A stretch of DNA of 64,000 bases from Candidatus Krumholzibacteriia bacterium. GTDB taxonomy: Bacteria > Krumholzibacteriota > Krumholzibacteriia > LZORAL124-64-63. The stretch is from assembly GCA_050174015.1 (NCBI GenBank), contig JBFXKG010000004.1, positions 165,501 through 229,500 of the forward strand, read 5' to 3'. Position numbers and translations under genes: made by a program. Shown here in pieces: positions 20,008-30,908 of the stretch. Within the stretch, counting starts at the first letter, position 1, and every line of letters starts with the position of its first letter. The notes beneath the pieces were generated by a model that searched no databases, was not told the origin of the DNA, and worked only from the letters and a program-made list of their open reading frames with translations.

Positions 20008-20991
20008 GTGCGCTACTGGTGGGTCAACCAGAACCAGACCTACGCCCAGGAGATCCGGGGCGGCTATCTCTGGTCGCCCAAGCGCAGGGCCGACGGCGGC
20101 TTCAACCACTTCTACGACACCATGCGCGTGGTCGCCCCCGGCGACCTGGTCCTGTCCTTCCAGGGGACCTGGCTGCGCGCGGTGGGCGTCGTGCGCGCCT
20201 GCTGCTACGAGAGTCCCAAACCCGAGGAGTTCGGCGGGGCCGGCCTGAACTGGAGCGCCATCGGCTGGAAGGTCGACGTCGCCTGGACCGAGCTGCGCAA
20301 TCAGATCCGACCCAAGGACCACATCGCACGCCTGCGGTCCCTGCTTCCCGGCAAGTACAGCCCGCTGCGCGCCAACGGGGACGGGCTGCAGGGCATCTAC
20401 CTGACCGAATTGCCGCCACCCCTGATGCACGCCCTGGCCGGCCTGATCGGATACGAGGTCCTCGTCCTGATGCAGGGGACGCGGCCGCCCCAGCCCGCCG
20501 CGGCGGCCGACAAGGAAACCGACATCGAGGCCCTCAAGCTGAAGTGGGAGCGGCGGATCATCACGGACATCAAGGGCGACCGGATCATCCCGGAGACCGA
20601 GAAACGCGCCCTGATCACCTCGCGCCGCGGGCAGGGGCTGTACCGCGAGCGGGTGCGGTCCATCGAGCGGGCCTGCCGCATCACACGCGTGGACAATCCG
20701 GAACATCTGATCGCCAGCCACTGCAAGCCGTGGCGGCACTGCTCCAACGAGGAGCGCCTCGACGGCGAGAACGGCCTGATGCTCACCCCCTCGGTCGATC
20801 ACCTGTTCGACCGAGGCTTCATCAGCTTCGAGGACGGCGGCCGGCTGCTGGTCTCGCCCGTCGCCGACCGGGTGTCGCTGGAAAAGATGGGGATCGACGT
20901 CCGCCGGCCCGTGGAGGTGGGCGCCTTCAGTTCAGGGCAAAAGCGATACCTCGACTTCCACCGGAACGACATCTTCCTGGAAACGCGGTGA
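20008..20991 (+). CDS. EVE/PUA-like domain + HNH endonuclease (putative type IV modification-dependent restriction enzyme)
   Basis: RYWWVNQNQTY...GGYLWSPK...PGDLVLSF N-terminus; ASHCKPW...NGLMLTPSVDHLFDRG HNH. Confidence 0.75.
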   Translation: MRYWWVNQNQTYAQEIRGGYLWSPKRRADGGFNHFYDTMRVVAPGDLVLSFQGTWLRAVGVVRACCYESPKPEEFGGAGLNWSAIGWKVDVAWTELRNQIRPKDHIARLRSLLPGKYSPLRANGDGLQGIYLTELPPPLMHALAGLIGYEVLVLMQGTRPPQPAAAADKETDIEALKLKWERRIITDIKGDRIIPETEKRALITSRRGQGLYRERVRSIERACRITRVDNPEHLIASHCKPWRHCSNEERLDGENGLMLTPSVDHLFDRGFISFEDGGRLLVSPVADRVSLEKMGIDVRRPVEVGAFSSGQKRYLDFHRNDIFLETR

Positions 20992-21054
20992 GCCTGGTTT
21001 GACTTGCCCGGGACTTGCTTCTCTCCATCCTCTCCTCATTCTTCCCGGGAAGCA

Positions 21055-21089
21055 TTGACGCCGTGATTGGTATCATATATAATACCACC
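21055..21089 (+). promoter_or_regulatory. sigma70 promoter of leaderless PIN TA transcript
   Basis: TTGACG-17-TATAAT-6-ATG; TGGTAT...ATACCA inverted repeat. Confidence 0.7.
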
Positions 21090-21515
21090 ATGAAACCCAG
21101 GATCGTGCTCGACACGAACGTCCTCGTCTCGGCCCTGCGGTCGCGAAGCGGGGCCTCGTTCCAGGTCCTCAGCCGGGTCGGCCTCGGCCGGTTCGACATC
21201 GTCCTGTCCGTTCCCCTGGTCCTGGAATACGAAAGCGTCACCAAGCGCCTTTCCCGATCCATGGGGTTGACGCACGAAGACATCGACGACATCCTCGACT
21301 ACCTGTGCCGCGTCGGGATCCTGCGGGGCATCTTCTATCTGTGGCGGCCCGTTCTCCGGGATCCCAAGGACGACATGGTCCTCGAGGCCGCCGTCGAGGG
21401 GGGTTGCGGGTTCATCGTGACCCACAACATCGACGATTTCACCGGCTGCGCCTCGTTCGGCGTCCAGGCGATCAGGCCTGCCGGATTCCTGCGCATCCTG
21501 GAGGAAAGACCATGA
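21090..21515 (+). CDS. PIN-domain TA toxin
   Basis: IVLDTNVLVSAL, LEYE, RDPKDDMVLEAA, IVTHNIDDF. Confidence 0.9.
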   Translation: MKPRIVLDTNVLVSALRSRSGASFQVLSRVGLGRFDIVLSVPLVLEYESVTKRLSRSMGLTHEDIDDILDYLCRVGILRGIFYLWRPVLRDPKDDMVLEAAVEGGCGFIVTHNIDDFTGCASFGVQAIRPAGFLRILEERP

Positions 21516-21742
21516 GCGCCATCAGCCTCCGCCTCTCCGAATCGCTTCACCGCCAGGTGAAGGAACTGGCCCGCCGCGAGGGCATCTCCATCAACCAGTT
21601 CATCTCCACCGCGGTGGCCGAGAAGCTGTCGGCCCTGATGGCCGAGGAATACCTGCAGCAGCGGGCCGACCGGGGCAGCCGGGAGAAGTTCGAGCGGGCG
21701 CTGGGGAAGGTCCGGGACCGGGAGCCGGAGGCGGGGGACTGA
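21512..21742 (+). CDS. RHH (HicB C-terminal-like) antitoxin
   Basis: ISLRLSESLHRQVKELARREGISINQFI; ATGA overlap. Confidence 0.85.
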   Translation: MSAISLRLSESLHRQVKELARREGISINQFISTAVAEKLSALMAEEYLQQRADRGSREKFERALGKVRDREPEAGD

Positions 21743-21757
21743 GGCAAGAAGACCCCT

Positions 21758-24214
21758 TCACTCCAATCCCAGTTCCCTCCGCACCACCGAGAAGTCGAAC
21801 GCGTCGTCCCCCTCGCCCTGGATTTCCACGTTCTCCATGGACTTCAGCAGGGTGTCGAGTTCGCGGCGGCCCTGGGCGGTTTTGGCCGCCTCGCGCGGGG
21901 TGCGCCCGTCCAGCGCGGGGATCGACTGGTCAAGCCAGCCGGCGTAGTACCGGGCCTTCACCTCGGCCTTGGCCCGGCGCAGCTCCTCCGGCTTAACGGG
22001 ACGATCCAGGCCGCCGCTCCTGGTGGCTGCCGCCCTCGCCGCCGGAGAGGTGGGATCGAAGTGTTCGCGCAGGCGGTGCGTGATCGCATCCCCGCAGGCG
22101 GCCTCGACCTTGGCCCGCAGCCCATCGGCACGCTCCACGGAATCGGTCTCCAGGATCAACGCCCCCTCTTCGAACCGGGCCAGACCCAGCATCGTGTTGG
22201 TCGAGTCAGGATGGAGCCCCCTTCCCGGACGGCTCAGGGTGAAAACCGGCGGATCCTCGCGGGGATCCCGAAGGGTCATCCCCTCGATGCCCTTCAGACG
22301 GCGGATGATCTCGTCCCGGGCGCCGTGGCGGATGGCGAAACTGTCGCGAGTCAACAGGATCGGATCGCCGTCCGTGTTCGTCACGTTCAGGGGCCGGGAC
22401 GCCCTCAGCACCGCTTCCTCCACCTGCTCATCCCACTTGCGGATCAGGTAGGCGCCGAACTTGCCGTTCCGCAGGCGGTCCACCGGGACGTCCCGCTTAC
22501 GGCGCAGGCGCCCGCGCGCCAGGCGCACGACCTCGGCCGCGTCGTGGGGTTTCAGGGGTCGGGTATGCATGCCGTCCAGGACGTATCCGCCCTCGAACGC
22601 GATCACCCGACCCAGCAGGGAATCGTACCTGATGAGCGACCGGGAGCCGCTCCGCTCCCGCACCCGCCGGACCTCACCGGACAGGTGGTCCCTCAGGACC
22701 ATCCCTTCGCCCGGGGTGACCTCCGTCGCCTCCCACACCGACAGCCAGGCCTCCTGCTGGGCGGCGGCGAGATCCCGCTCCTCGGGGCTCAGGTCGGCGA
22801 GATGCTCCTCGAGGAACCACGCCAGGGCGGTCTTGCCCTCGATCTCGAATCCGTAGACCGACCAGGGCAACGCGAGTTCGATCTGGTCCTCCGCGTCGTC
22901 GAAATCGAGCCTGTGCAGGCGCCAATCCCAGCGGAATCGATCGAGGGCGAACTCCAGCACCCTGTGGAAGAAGGAATTCAACAGGCTGATCTTGGTCTCG
23001 GGCGGTTCCTCGGTTTGCGCCCTTGCCGCCTCCTCGTCCTGTTGCAGGTGGCAGTTCTTGTACTTGCGACCGCTGCCGCAGTGGCAGGGATCGTTGCGGC
23101 CGAGCTTGGGCGTCTGCCTGCGGACCGGCTGGATGGTCAGGCGGTCGTGGTTGAACCTGTCGACTTCGTCGAGCTCGTCGAAGTCGTCGTACTCCTCGAG
23201 GTGATCCAGCGCCTCGTAGGGGGCGGTGACGACCACCTCCAGGCCGTTCCGATCGAAGTAGGATTCGCAGACCGGCTCGAACGCATCCATGGTGAAGATC
23301 CGCCGGTGCTTGACGAAGAAGGCGGTCAAGGCCGTGATGCAGGCCGTGACGATCCTGAGGTCCTCGTCCCTCAGGGGCACCGGCTCCGGGCCGGGATCGT
23401 AGCGGTCCAGGACCGGATAGGCCTCGGGCGAGGCCACGAGCCACCCGTACCGGGCGACCTCCTGACGCATCGTATCCGGCAGGTCGGCCCCCCGTTCGAA
23501 GTCGAGGGCCAGCCAGCCGACGTCGATGTCGGGCAGGTAATCGGATCCCGGAACCCCCAGGGACGCCTCCCAGAATTCGTCGAAGTCCTCGACGTTCGGG
23601 AAGATCAGCACGCCCATGCTTTCCCCGAGATTGCCGATGATGCTGAGGCACGCACCCTCGACCCCCAGGGCGGGGATGTCCATGCGGATCGCCTGGTCGC
23701 CGGTCGCCACCTTCCACGGCGCGACCGCGTACAGCGCCGCAGCCGCGCGGAACATGTCCTCCACCGCTTCCGGGGACACCGCCCCCCCTTCCAGGTAGCT
23801 GTCCGGCAAGTCGTCTTTGAAATGGCCTCGCGCCAGCATGTCCGCCATCATGTCTTGGATCTGGTCGATTTCGGGCGTCGGCGCCACGATGACCGGGACG
23901 TCCTTCCCCGCGAATCGGCGCACGGCCGTTGCCATCTCCTCGGTGGCCACCCGGATCCGGTCGGGGCGCCGTGGCTTGCCGGTCAGGGGCTTCTGCATGG
24001 AGGTCTTGAGCATCCGGCCGAGGGCCTTGAATCCCGACCTCGGAGGGGCCGGCTCGCTGCCGAGGATCATCAGGCCGGGCATTTCCAGCCAGATGAGGAT
24101 GTCCGGTGCGACGGCCCTCTGCTCGGAGCCCTCGGGAAACGGGGCCGGAATGCAGCCCCCGACCCACTCGCGGGGGGTTGAAGCGACGAGTTCCGGTCCT
24201 TTCCTGCGGGCCAT
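21758..24214 (-). CDS. SEC-C motif protein with C-terminal MbcA/ParS/Xre-like segment
   Basis: [35 protein letters not shown]. Confidence 0.75.
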   Translation of the reverse strand: MARRKGPELVASTPREWVGGCIPAPFPEGSEQRAVAPDILIWLEMPGLMILGSEPAPPRSGFKALGRMLKTSMQKPLTGKPRRPDRIRVATEEMATAVRRFAGKDVPVIVAPTPEIDQIQDMMADMLARGHFKDDLPDSYLEGGAVSPEAVEDMFRAAAALYAVAPWKVATGDQAIRMDIPALGVEGACLSIIGNLGESMGVLIFPNVEDFDEFWEASLGVPGSDYLPDIDVGWLALDFERGADLPDTMRQEVARYGWLVASPEAYPVLDRYDPGPEPVPLRDEDLRIVTACITALTAFFVKHRRIFTMDAFEPVCESYFDRNGLEVVVTAPYEALDHLEEYDDFDELDEVDRFNHDRLTIQPVRRQTPKLGRNDPCHCGSGRKYKNCHLQQDEEAARAQTEEPPETKISLLNSFFHRVLEFALDRFRWDWRLHRLDFDDAEDQIELALPWSVYGFEIEGKTALAWFLEEHLADLSPEERDLAAAQQEAWLSVWEATEVTPGEGMVLRDHLSGEVRRVRERSGSRSLIRYDSLLGRVIAFEGGYVLDGMHTRPLKPHDAAEVVRLARGRLRRKRDVPVDRLRNGKFGAYLIRKWDEQVEEAVLRASRPLNVTNTDGDPILLTRDSFAIRHGARDEIIRRLKGIEGMTLRDPREDPPVFTLSRPGRGLHPDSTNTMLGLARFEEGALILETDSVERADGLRAKVEAACGDAITHRLREHFDPTSPAARAAATRSGGLDRPVKPEELRRAKAEVKARYYAGWLDQSIPALDGRTPREAAKTAQGRRELDTLLKSMENVEIQGEGDDAFDFSVVRRELGLE

Positions 24215-24296
24215 GCGGGATACCTCCGGGGGGAGTGGAATGGGATCCCTGGTACCTTACCTTACGGGGTTCGGCCCGTCAAAAGGTCCAGGGGGC

Positions 24297-24402
24297 CGCT
24301 TCCTGTCCGAACTGGAGAACGGCAAGCCGACCATCCGGCTGGACAAAGTGCTGACCGGACTGCAAAGCCTGGGCCTGGCCCTCTCCATTGCTCCGGCCGA
24401 TC
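24297..24402 (+). pseudogene. C-terminal half of a HipB/y4mF-like HTH antitoxin
   Basis: RFLSELENGKPTIRLDKVLTGLQSLGL with no N-terminal helices. Confidence 0.6.
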
Positions 24403-24453
24403 CTGATATTCACCAGGGTGAAAAGCCCAAACCTTTCAGGGAGGAAAATGGGG

Positions 24454-24516
24454 CCCCCGGGGGGCCTAAAATGCTATGATCGGCCTCCAATCACCTGTTT
24501 GGATGCGATTTCCGGA
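24454..24516. repeat. Palindromic repeat element, copy 1 (precedes intact membrane gene)
   Basis: CCCCCGGGGGGCC-TAAAAT...ATCGGCCTCCAA-N-TTGGATGCGAT. Confidence 0.7.
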
Positions 24517-24528
24517 AAGGATGCAGCG

Positions 24529-24861
24529 TTGAGGATCACCATCTTCAGGATCAAGCTGGTCCATTCGTTGATCTTCTGGGTCCTGAGCGCGTGCGTCGGG
24601 TATACCGTATACAGCGCATTATCAGGCAGGATCAATACCTGGACCTGGATCGCCATGGGTTTGCTTCTCGCCGAAAGCCTAACCCTGGCGGCGGCCGGCT
24701 GGACCTGCCCGTTGACCATCCTCGCCGAACGCCAGGGCGCGCTGAAGGGCTCGGTCACGGACATCTTCCTGCCGAAATGGTTCGCCGACCGGATCTTCCC
24801 GGTCTGCGGCACGCTCTGGGTGGGGGCGGTTGTGGTGGTCGCGGTGCGGATGCTACTCTGA
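24529..24861 (+). CDS. Small membrane protein (DUF2784-like)
   Basis: TTG start after GGAAAGG; IKLVHSLIFW, GWTCPLTILAE, DIFLPKWFA. Confidence 0.65.
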   Translation: MRITIFRIKLVHSLIFWVLSACVGYTVYSALSGRINTWTWIAMGLLLAESLTLAAAGWTCPLTILAERQGALKGSVTDIFLPKWFADRIFPVCGTLWVGAVVVVAVRMLL

Positions 24862-24896
24862 ACTTATGTCAACTCATGTCCCCAAGGGGGTTCGCC

Positions 24897-25481
24897 ATGC
24901 CCAACTTCCTCCAGTTCAGGATCGAGCTGCTCGAAATCTCGCCGCCGATCTGGCGTCGCATCCAGGTGCCGGCCGACTCTTCGTTCTGGGACCTGCACGT
25001 GGCCATCCAGGATGCCATGGGCTGGACCGATTCCCACCTGCACGCCTTCGAGCTGGACGATCCGAAGAAGGGCCGCTGGGAGATCGGGATCCCCGACGAC
25101 GAAGCCATGGTCCCGGTGATAGCCGGCTGGAAGCGGAAACTTTCACGGCATTTCAAGACGCCCGGCGACTTGATGTTCTACCAATACGACTTCGGGGACG
25201 ACTGGCGGCACGCGGTGCTGCTGGAGGCGATCGCCCTGCCCGAGCCGGGGGTGGAGTATCCGCGCTGCACGGCCGGCGCGCGCCGTTGCCCGCCTGAGGA
25301 TGTTGGCGGAGTGGGGGGATACGAGGAGTTCCTCGAGGCCCTCGCCGACCCCGACCACGAGGAGCACGACTCGTATCTGGAATGGTGCGGGGGCGCATTC
25401 GATCCCGAGGAGTTCGATCCGGCGGCGGTCAGGTTCGATGATCCGCATGAGAGGCTGATGGGGCTGGAGGATGATTGGTGA
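24897..25481 (+). CDS. Plasmid pRiA4b ORF-3 family protein
   Basis: PPIWRRIQVP, LHVAIQDAMGWTDSHLHAF, YDFGDDW, CPPEDVGG. Confidence 0.92.
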   Translation: MPNFLQFRIELLEISPPIWRRIQVPADSSFWDLHVAIQDAMGWTDSHLHAFELDDPKKGRWEIGIPDDEAMVPVIAGWKRKLSRHFKTPGDLMFYQYDFGDDWRHAVLLEAIALPEPGVEYPRCTAGARRCPPEDVGGVGGYEEFLEALADPDHEEHDSYLEWCGGAFDPEEFDPAAVRFDDPHERLMGLEDDW

Positions 25482-25483
25482 CC

Positions 25484-25750
25484 TCAGGCGGAATGACCGC
25501 CGTCGATGTCCCAACCCGGAAAGACCAGGACCGCGGGATGGCAGCGCAGGGCGCGAGCCAGAGCCTTGGCTCGTTCCACGCCAAGGTTGACCCGGTCGTT
25601 CTCGATCGCGGAAATCGTCGACTGGGGAATGCAGGAAAGCTCTGCCAGCTCATTCTGGCTCAGCTCCTGCAACTCGCGGATGATGCGTACCGATTCCCCG
25701 ACCGAAACGTCGAGGTTCTTCTGCGCCTTGTGGAATCCCTTGCGCGCCAT
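25484..25750 (-). CDS. XRE-family HTH antitoxin (HigA-like)
   Basis: RELQELSQNELAELSCIPQSTISAIEND. Confidence 0.85.
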   Translation of the reverse strand: MARKGFHKAQKNLDVSVGESVRIIRELQELSQNELAELSCIPQSTISAIENDRVNLGVERAKALARALRCHPAVLVFPGWDIDGGHSA

Positions 25751-25752
25751 GT

Positions 25753-26034
25753 CTATTTCCTCCGGTAGTCATGAGCCGTGAGGTCCAGCACGTACACCAG
25801 AACCTCGTCGGCCTCGATCTCGTAGATGACCCGATATTGCCGGCCAAGGCGGGAGGAACGAGCGCCCTTCCACTCGCCGCTCAGGGCCTCGTCATGGAAT
25901 CCCTTGATCGCCAGCAGCCCTTGTGGACCTGATATCCGCACGATGTCCTTCCACTTCTCATAGCGCTTCAGCACTTCGTCGGGCAGCTTTTGAAGCACCC
26001 TGGTCATGCGGCGATGTTCGTAGATCTCCCACAT
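25753..26034 (-). CDS. RelE/HigB-family toxin
   Basis: GFHDEALSGEWKGARSSRLGRQYRVIY...HDY; toxin-first order. Confidence 0.88.
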   Translation of the reverse strand: MWEIYEHRRMTRVLQKLPDEVLKRYEKWKDIVRISGPQGLLAIKGFHDEALSGEWKGARSSRLGRQYRVIYEIEADEVLVYVLDLTAHDYRRK

Positions 26035-26069
26035 ACTCTTTTTATACTATATCGTCTATAGTATGTCAA
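26035..26069 (-). promoter_or_regulatory. Leaderless promoter and operator of higBA-like pair
   Basis: TTGACA-17-TATAAA-6-ATG; palindrome ATACTATA-N5-TATAGTAT. Confidence 0.7.
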
Positions 26070-26466
26070 CCCTTGAGCCGCGGTTTATTCCAGGATGGCG
26101 CCGAGATCGGCAGAGGCCTCGGCGGACAGGACGTATCCGGCTCATTCCTCGAATTCTTTGCCAATGGTTCCACTTTCCCGGCCATGAACCCAAACCGTTG
26201 ATACCGAAACCAATGAGGATCATTCACGAAGGAGGTAGTCGCAAATTGCGACAACCCTGGTCACCCCCGACCTTTCACCTTGTCCACGGCCAAGGCCATG
26301 ACACCATCCGCCGCAAGAGCAAGCGAACAACCCCACACGTGTGGGGATTTTTGCACCAGGGGACAAAAATTCTTGTCTTCAGGAAAACGCCAGGCCTCAA
26401 GCCGGGCACCGCGGCCTGGTGCAGTCGCCGCGTGCCGGCCGGATCTCCCCGGCGATATCGAGCCCG

Positions 26467-28812
26467 TCAAAGCGTCATGCGCCTCAGCCTCAGCGCATTG
26501 GTGATGACCGACACGGAGCTGAACGTCATCGCGGCCGCGGCGATCATCGGGCTCAGCAGCAGACCGAAGATCGGATACAGCACCCCCGCGGCGACGGGCA
26601 CGCCGAGGATGTTGTAGACCAGGGCGAAGAACAGGTTCTGGCGGATGTTGCGCATGGTGGCCCGCGACAGCCGCCGCGCCTTGGCGATGCCGCGCAGATC
26701 CCCCTTCACCAGGGTGATCCCCGCGCTCTCCATGGCCACGTCCGTCCCGGTGCCCATCGCGATGCCGACCTCGGCCTGGGCCAGAGCCGGGGCGTCGTTG
26801 ACCCCGTCGCCGGCCATGGCCACCCGGAGGCCCTGGGCCTGCAGCTGCTTGACGATCACGCTCTTCTGCTCGGGCAGGACCTCGGCCTCGACTCGCCCGA
26901 TGCCCAGCTTCCCGGCCACGGCCTCGGCCGTGGTGCGGTTGTCGCCGGTGAGCATCACGATCTCGATGCCGTCGGCCCGCAGCAGTTCGACCGCCTCGGG
27001 GGTCGAGTCCTTGATGGGATCGGCCACGCCGATCAGGCCCACCAACTCGCCGCCAGCCGCCAGGAACACGACCGTCTGGCCCTCGCCGCGCCACTGGTCG
27101 GCCAGCGACGCGAGCCCGTCCGGATCGATGCCGGCCCCCTCCAGGAGCCGGCGATTGCCCAGCAGGACGGGCCGGCCCTCGACCGTGCCGGTCACGCCCT
27201 GCCCGGTGATCGAATCGAAGTCCTCCGCGTCCGCCGGTTCGACGCCGCGCTCCCGGGCGCCCGAGAGGATGGCCTCGGCCAGGGGATGCTCGCTCCCGCG
27301 TTCGAGACCCGCAGCCAGGCGCAGCACCACGGCCTCGTCATGGCCGCCCGCGGCCTCGACCCGGACCAGGCGCGGCTTGCCTTCGGTCAGGGTGCCGGTC
27401 TTGTCCACCACCAGGGTGTCGATTTTCTCCAGCACCTCGAGGGCCTCGGCGTCGCGGATCAGCACGCCGGCCTGGGCGCCGCGGCCCACGCCGACCATGA
27501 TGGACATCGGGGTGGCCAGACCGAGGGCGCAAGGACAGGCGATGATGAGCACCGAAACGGCGTTGACGATGGCGTAGGCCATGGCCGGGGCGGGCCCGGC
27601 GACGGCCCAGACGATGAAGGTGATGACGGACGTGGCGATCACCGCGGGGACGAAGTATCCCGCGACCACGTCCGCGATGCGCTGGATGGGAGCGCGGCTG
27701 CGCTGGGCGGCGCCCACCATCTCGATGATCCGCGCCAGCAGGGTCTCGCTGCCGACCTTGCGGGTTTCCATGACGAAGCTGCCGGTGGTGTTGACCGTCG
27801 CGCCGACGACCTTGTCGCCGGCCTCCTTGGCCACGGGGATGGGTTCGCCGGTGATCATCGACTCATCGACGCTGCTGCGCCCCTCGATCACCTCGCCATC
27901 CACGGGCACCTTCTCGCCGGGACGGACCCGCAGGCGGTCGCCGACCGTGATCTCGGCCAGGGGCACGTCCTCTTCCGATCCGTCGGGGCGAATCAGCCGC
28001 GCCGTCTTGGCCGCCAGGCCCAGCAGCGCCTTGATGGCTGTGCCGGTGCGGCGCCGGGCCCGGAGCTCGAGCACCTGACCGAGCAGCACCAGGGCGGTGA
28101 TCACCGCGGCCGCTTCGAAGTAGACCGCCACACCGCCCCCGTGGCGGAAGGCCTCGGGGAAGATGCCGGGCGCCACGGTGGCCACCACGCTGAAGACCCA
28201 GGCGGCCGCCACGCCGATGCCGATGAGCGTGAACATGTTGAGGTTGCGGGTGACCAGGGAGCGCCACCCCCGCTCCAGCAGGGGCCAGCCGGCCCACACG
28301 ACGACCGGGGCGCTCAAGGCGAATTCGACCCAGGGCTGGACGTGCTCGGCCAGCAGCCGGGCCCCGGCCATAGGGGCCATCGCCAGGATCAACAGGGGCA
28401 GGGACAGGACCGCGCTCACCCAAAAGCGGCGGGTCATGTCGCGCAGTTCGCCGTCGTCCTCGTCCTCTTCGCCGGACGCCATCACCGGTTCGAGCGCCAT
28501 GCCGCACTTGGGGCAGCTGCCGGGCCCGTCCTGGACGATCTCCGGATGCATCGGGCAGGTATACTTCCCCTTGCCGTGCGATTGCGCTTCGCCGGCCGCC
28601 GGTTTGGCATGGTGGTGGGCGTGGGCGTCGGCCGTCTTCGCCTCCGGCGCGGTGAACCTGTCCGGATCGGCCTCGAACTTCGCGGCGCAGTGCGTGCTGC
28701 AGAAGTGCCAGGTCCTTCCCTCGTGCTCCACGCTGGCGGCTGCGGAATCCGCCGAGACCTTCATGCCGCAGACCGGGTCGATGGTTTCCAGGGCAACCCC
28801 ACGAGCGTTCAT
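26467..28812 (-). CDS. copA: Copper-translocating P1B-type ATPase with YHS and heavy-metal-binding domains
   Basis: [51 protein letters not shown]. Confidence 0.9.
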   Translation of the reverse strand: MNARGVALETIDPVCGMKVSADSAAASVEHEGRTWHFCSTHCAAKFEADPDRFTAPEAKTADAHAHHHAKPAAGEAQSHGKGKYTCPMHPEIVQDGPGSCPKCGMALEPVMASGEEDEDDGELRDMTRRFWVSAVLSLPLLILAMAPMAGARLLAEHVQPWVEFALSAPVVVWAGWPLLERGWRSLVTRNLNMFTLIGIGVAAAWVFSVVATVAPGIFPEAFRHGGGVAVYFEAAAVITALVLLGQVLELRARRRTGTAIKALLGLAAKTARLIRPDGSEEDVPLAEITVGDRLRVRPGEKVPVDGEVIEGRSSVDESMITGEPIPVAKEAGDKVVGATVNTTGSFVMETRKVGSETLLARIIEMVGAAQRSRAPIQRIADVVAGYFVPAVIATSVITFIVWAVAGPAPAMAYAIVNAVSVLIIACPCALGLATPMSIMVGVGRGAQAGVLIRDAEALEVLEKIDTLVVDKTGTLTEGKPRLVRVEAAGGHDEAVVLRLAAGLERGSEHPLAEAILSGARERGVEPADAEDFDSITGQGVTGTVEGRPVLLGNRRLLEGAGIDPDGLASLADQWRGEGQTVVFLAAGGELVGLIGVADPIKDSTPEAVELLRADGIEIVMLTGDNRTTAEAVAGKLGIGRVEAEVLPEQKSVIVKQLQAQGLRVAMAGDGVNDAPALAQAEVGIAMGTGTDVAMESAGITLVKGDLRGIAKARRLSRATMRNIRQNLFFALVYNILGVPVAAGVLYPIFGLLLSPMIAAAAMTFSSVSVITNALRLRRMTL

Positions 28813-28854
28813 GTCGAGATCTTCCTTCCAATTTCGGGATGAAGTGGGGTCATG

Positions 28855-29613
28855 TCATAGCCGCCGGGTGACGACCATCGAGATGCCGCGGTCCGGACTG
28901 GAATCCGTCGTTCCCTGGGAGTATAGAACCAGAACGCCGGTGCGTCTTCCGGCCCTCACACCCAATCCCACCGACCACTCGCCGAATCCCTGGGTTCCCT
29001 CGAAGGTGGAACCGCCGCGCGCATAGGATGCCACCGGATACGCAACGGCGCCGCCGGGGCGCCAGCTCGCCGAGGTCGCCACCGAGAAACGACTATCGTA
29101 CGTGATGCCGGCGGGATCACCGGGACTGAGGTAACCCAGCTCGGCCAGGACCAGGAAATCCCGGAACCGGTTCATCGTCAGGAGGCTGAGCCCCCAGTCG
29201 AACTCTCCGCTGCTGAGCGGCGTGGGGCCCATAGCCAGCGGGATGGCGCTCCTGACTTGCGCCCATCCCCGACTGGTTGCTTTGGGGTCGAAGGACGACC
29301 ACAGACTTCGGCCCAGGGTAATGTCGATGGTGCCGACGCCCGCTTCGGAGGACAGGCCGGTGCCGGGGTCCGGGTCCCATCGCCACCAGCTCACAGCGCC
29401 ACGCACGCGCCATCGGGTTCCCGTTCTGCCGATGGCGGTGGAGGATATGGTGGTTTCATTCCCGCCTTCGTAACGGTACAGGCTCAGGGTCTGGGAAGCA
29501 TGGACCGCGGCGAAGCCACCGGATGGATTCGCCAAGAACCCCGCGATCATGAGGCCGATGGACCAGGCGAGCGCCCTCGGCAGGCCGGTGCGCCCGCTAT
29601 CAAGAAGATTCAA
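28855..29613 (-). CDS. Exported protein, possible outer-membrane beta-barrel
   Basis: Signal-like N-terminus, alternating amphipathic strands; within the copper operon. Confidence 0.5.
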   Translation of the reverse strand: MNLLDSGRTGLPRALAWSIGLMIAGFLANPSGGFAAVHASQTLSLYRYEGGNETTISSTAIGRTGTRWRVRGAVSWWRWDPDPGTGLSSEAGVGTIDITLGRSLWSSFDPKATSRGWAQVRSAIPLAMGPTPLSSGEFDWGLSLLTMNRFRDFLVLAELGYLSPGDPAGITYDSRFSVATSASWRPGGAVAYPVASYARGGSTFEGTQGFGEWSVGLGVRAGRRTGVLVLYSQGTTDSSPDRGISMVVTRRL

Positions 29614-30143
29614 TGAGCGTGCCCTTCATGATTTCCGTTCGTGTCCGGGGCGGGTTCGCCGCGCATGGCACGCATCGCCTCCATCAGGTTCCGCCCGGCC
29701 TCGACCATCCTATCCATGTTGGTCATGACGTTCATCATGTCCTCGTGGTGGTCGCCGACGGAGGACTCGCCGTTGTCCAGATACACATGCATGCTGCGCA
29801 TCATCGACTCCATGTGGGGCATCATATTCCCCATTCCCTCCTCCATGCTCATCATCCAATCGGACATGGGGTCTTCCGCCGACAATTCCCCGTGGCCGTG
29901 GCCCTCCAGGCCCATCTGATCGTGGGATTCGTGCATCTGCTGCATCATCTGGGACATGTGGTCCATCATGGTGTCCATGTGCTCCAGCATGCCCGAGTGA
30001 CCCTCCATCATCTGGCCCCCGTGCATGTCGCCATGGCCGCCGCCGTGATCGCCCATGCCGCCCATCCCACCGTGCTGCGCCAGCACAGGACTCGAGACGA
30101 GGACGAGCATGCCCATCATCGCGCTGAATTTCATCGTGTTCAT
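29610..30143 (-). CDS. Met/His-rich exported protein, putative copper-binding
   Basis: Signal peptide (VLA-QH); very high M/H content. Confidence 0.65.
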   Translation of the reverse strand: MNTMKFSAMMGMLVLVSSPVLAQHGGMGGMGDHGGGHGDMHGGQMMEGHSGMLEHMDTMMDHMSQMMQQMHESHDQMGLEGHGHGELSAEDPMSDWMMSMEEGMGNMMPHMESMMRSMHVYLDNGESSVGDHHEDMMNVMTNMDRMVEAGRNLMEAMRAMRGEPAPDTNGNHEGHAH

Positions 30144-30168
30144 GACCGACTCCTTGGTTTGGGGCCTT

Positions 30169-30693
30169 CTACTTCCCGGTTTCCGGCCGAGGCACGAACG
30201 AGCCGCAGCGCAGCATCTTCGACCCATAATAAGGGTTCGCGATCTCGTTGCCCGTCTGCAGCCAGTGCTTCCCGGCCATCGGGCAGTAGGCGACCTTCAA
30301 TTGCCCCGCCGGAATCAGGGCTCCGGATCGGACGAGGGCCTCGCTGAGATCGCCGAAGGCGCGGCGGGCCCCTTCGAGATCCTTCGCTCCAGCCAGTTGT
30401 GCGGCCGCCGCGGTGATCGCCGCAGAAGGACTCCCGGAGCCGGCGGCGCCCACCTCACCTCGCCGGTCGAACTCCACGGTCGCCAGTTTGCCGAGCGCCG
30501 AGGCGTGCTCGCCGACCTGGTCGAGCGAATCGCCGGCCAGGGCCGTCTGGATGGCGAGATAGTGCGCGGTCGAATTCATCTCTGCCGCGTTCTGGCCGTT
30601 ATGGTGATCGTCCGTTGCGGCCGACGACGACGATCCCGCCATCAGTGAGGCGGCAAGGATCAGCGTCCCCATTCCCAGTCTCTTCGTCTTCAT
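30169..30693 (-). CDS. DUF3347-like exported metal-binding protein
   Basis: YLAIQTALAGD, YCPMAGKHWLQ...NPYYGSKMLRCG. Confidence 0.8.
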   Translation of the reverse strand: MKTKRLGMGTLILAASLMAGSSSSAATDDHHNGQNAAEMNSTAHYLAIQTALAGDSLDQVGEHASALGKLATVEFDRRGEVGAAGSGSPSAAITAAAAQLAGAKDLEGARRAFGDLSEALVRSGALIPAGQLKVAYCPMAGKHWLQTGNEIANPYYGSKMLRCGSFVPRPETGK

Positions 30694-30746
30694 GGTCAGC
30701 TCCTTGGTCGGGTCGGTTGGATTCGTTGGTTCCTCGGGTGCATTAC

Positions 30747-30857
30747 GCAACAACTGTGCCCCCGTTAACCTGTTGTTTTGAAACAGCTTACAGATAAGGC
30801 GGGCGGCCCCGTGGAGGATATTCTCCAGTCCGGGGCCGGCTTGCGGAGAATATTCTG
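30747..30857 (-). promoter_or_regulatory. Putative sigma54 promoter with upstream enhancer-binding sites
   Basis: GGCACAGTTGTTGC (-24/-12, GG-N10-GC); related palindromes TGGAGGATATTCTCCA and CGGAGAATATTCTG. Confidence 0.6.
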
Positions 30858-30908
30858 AAGCGTAGAAGCCGGCCCTCGAACGGGAAGGCCCGCGGCCCTG
30901 CCCGCCCC

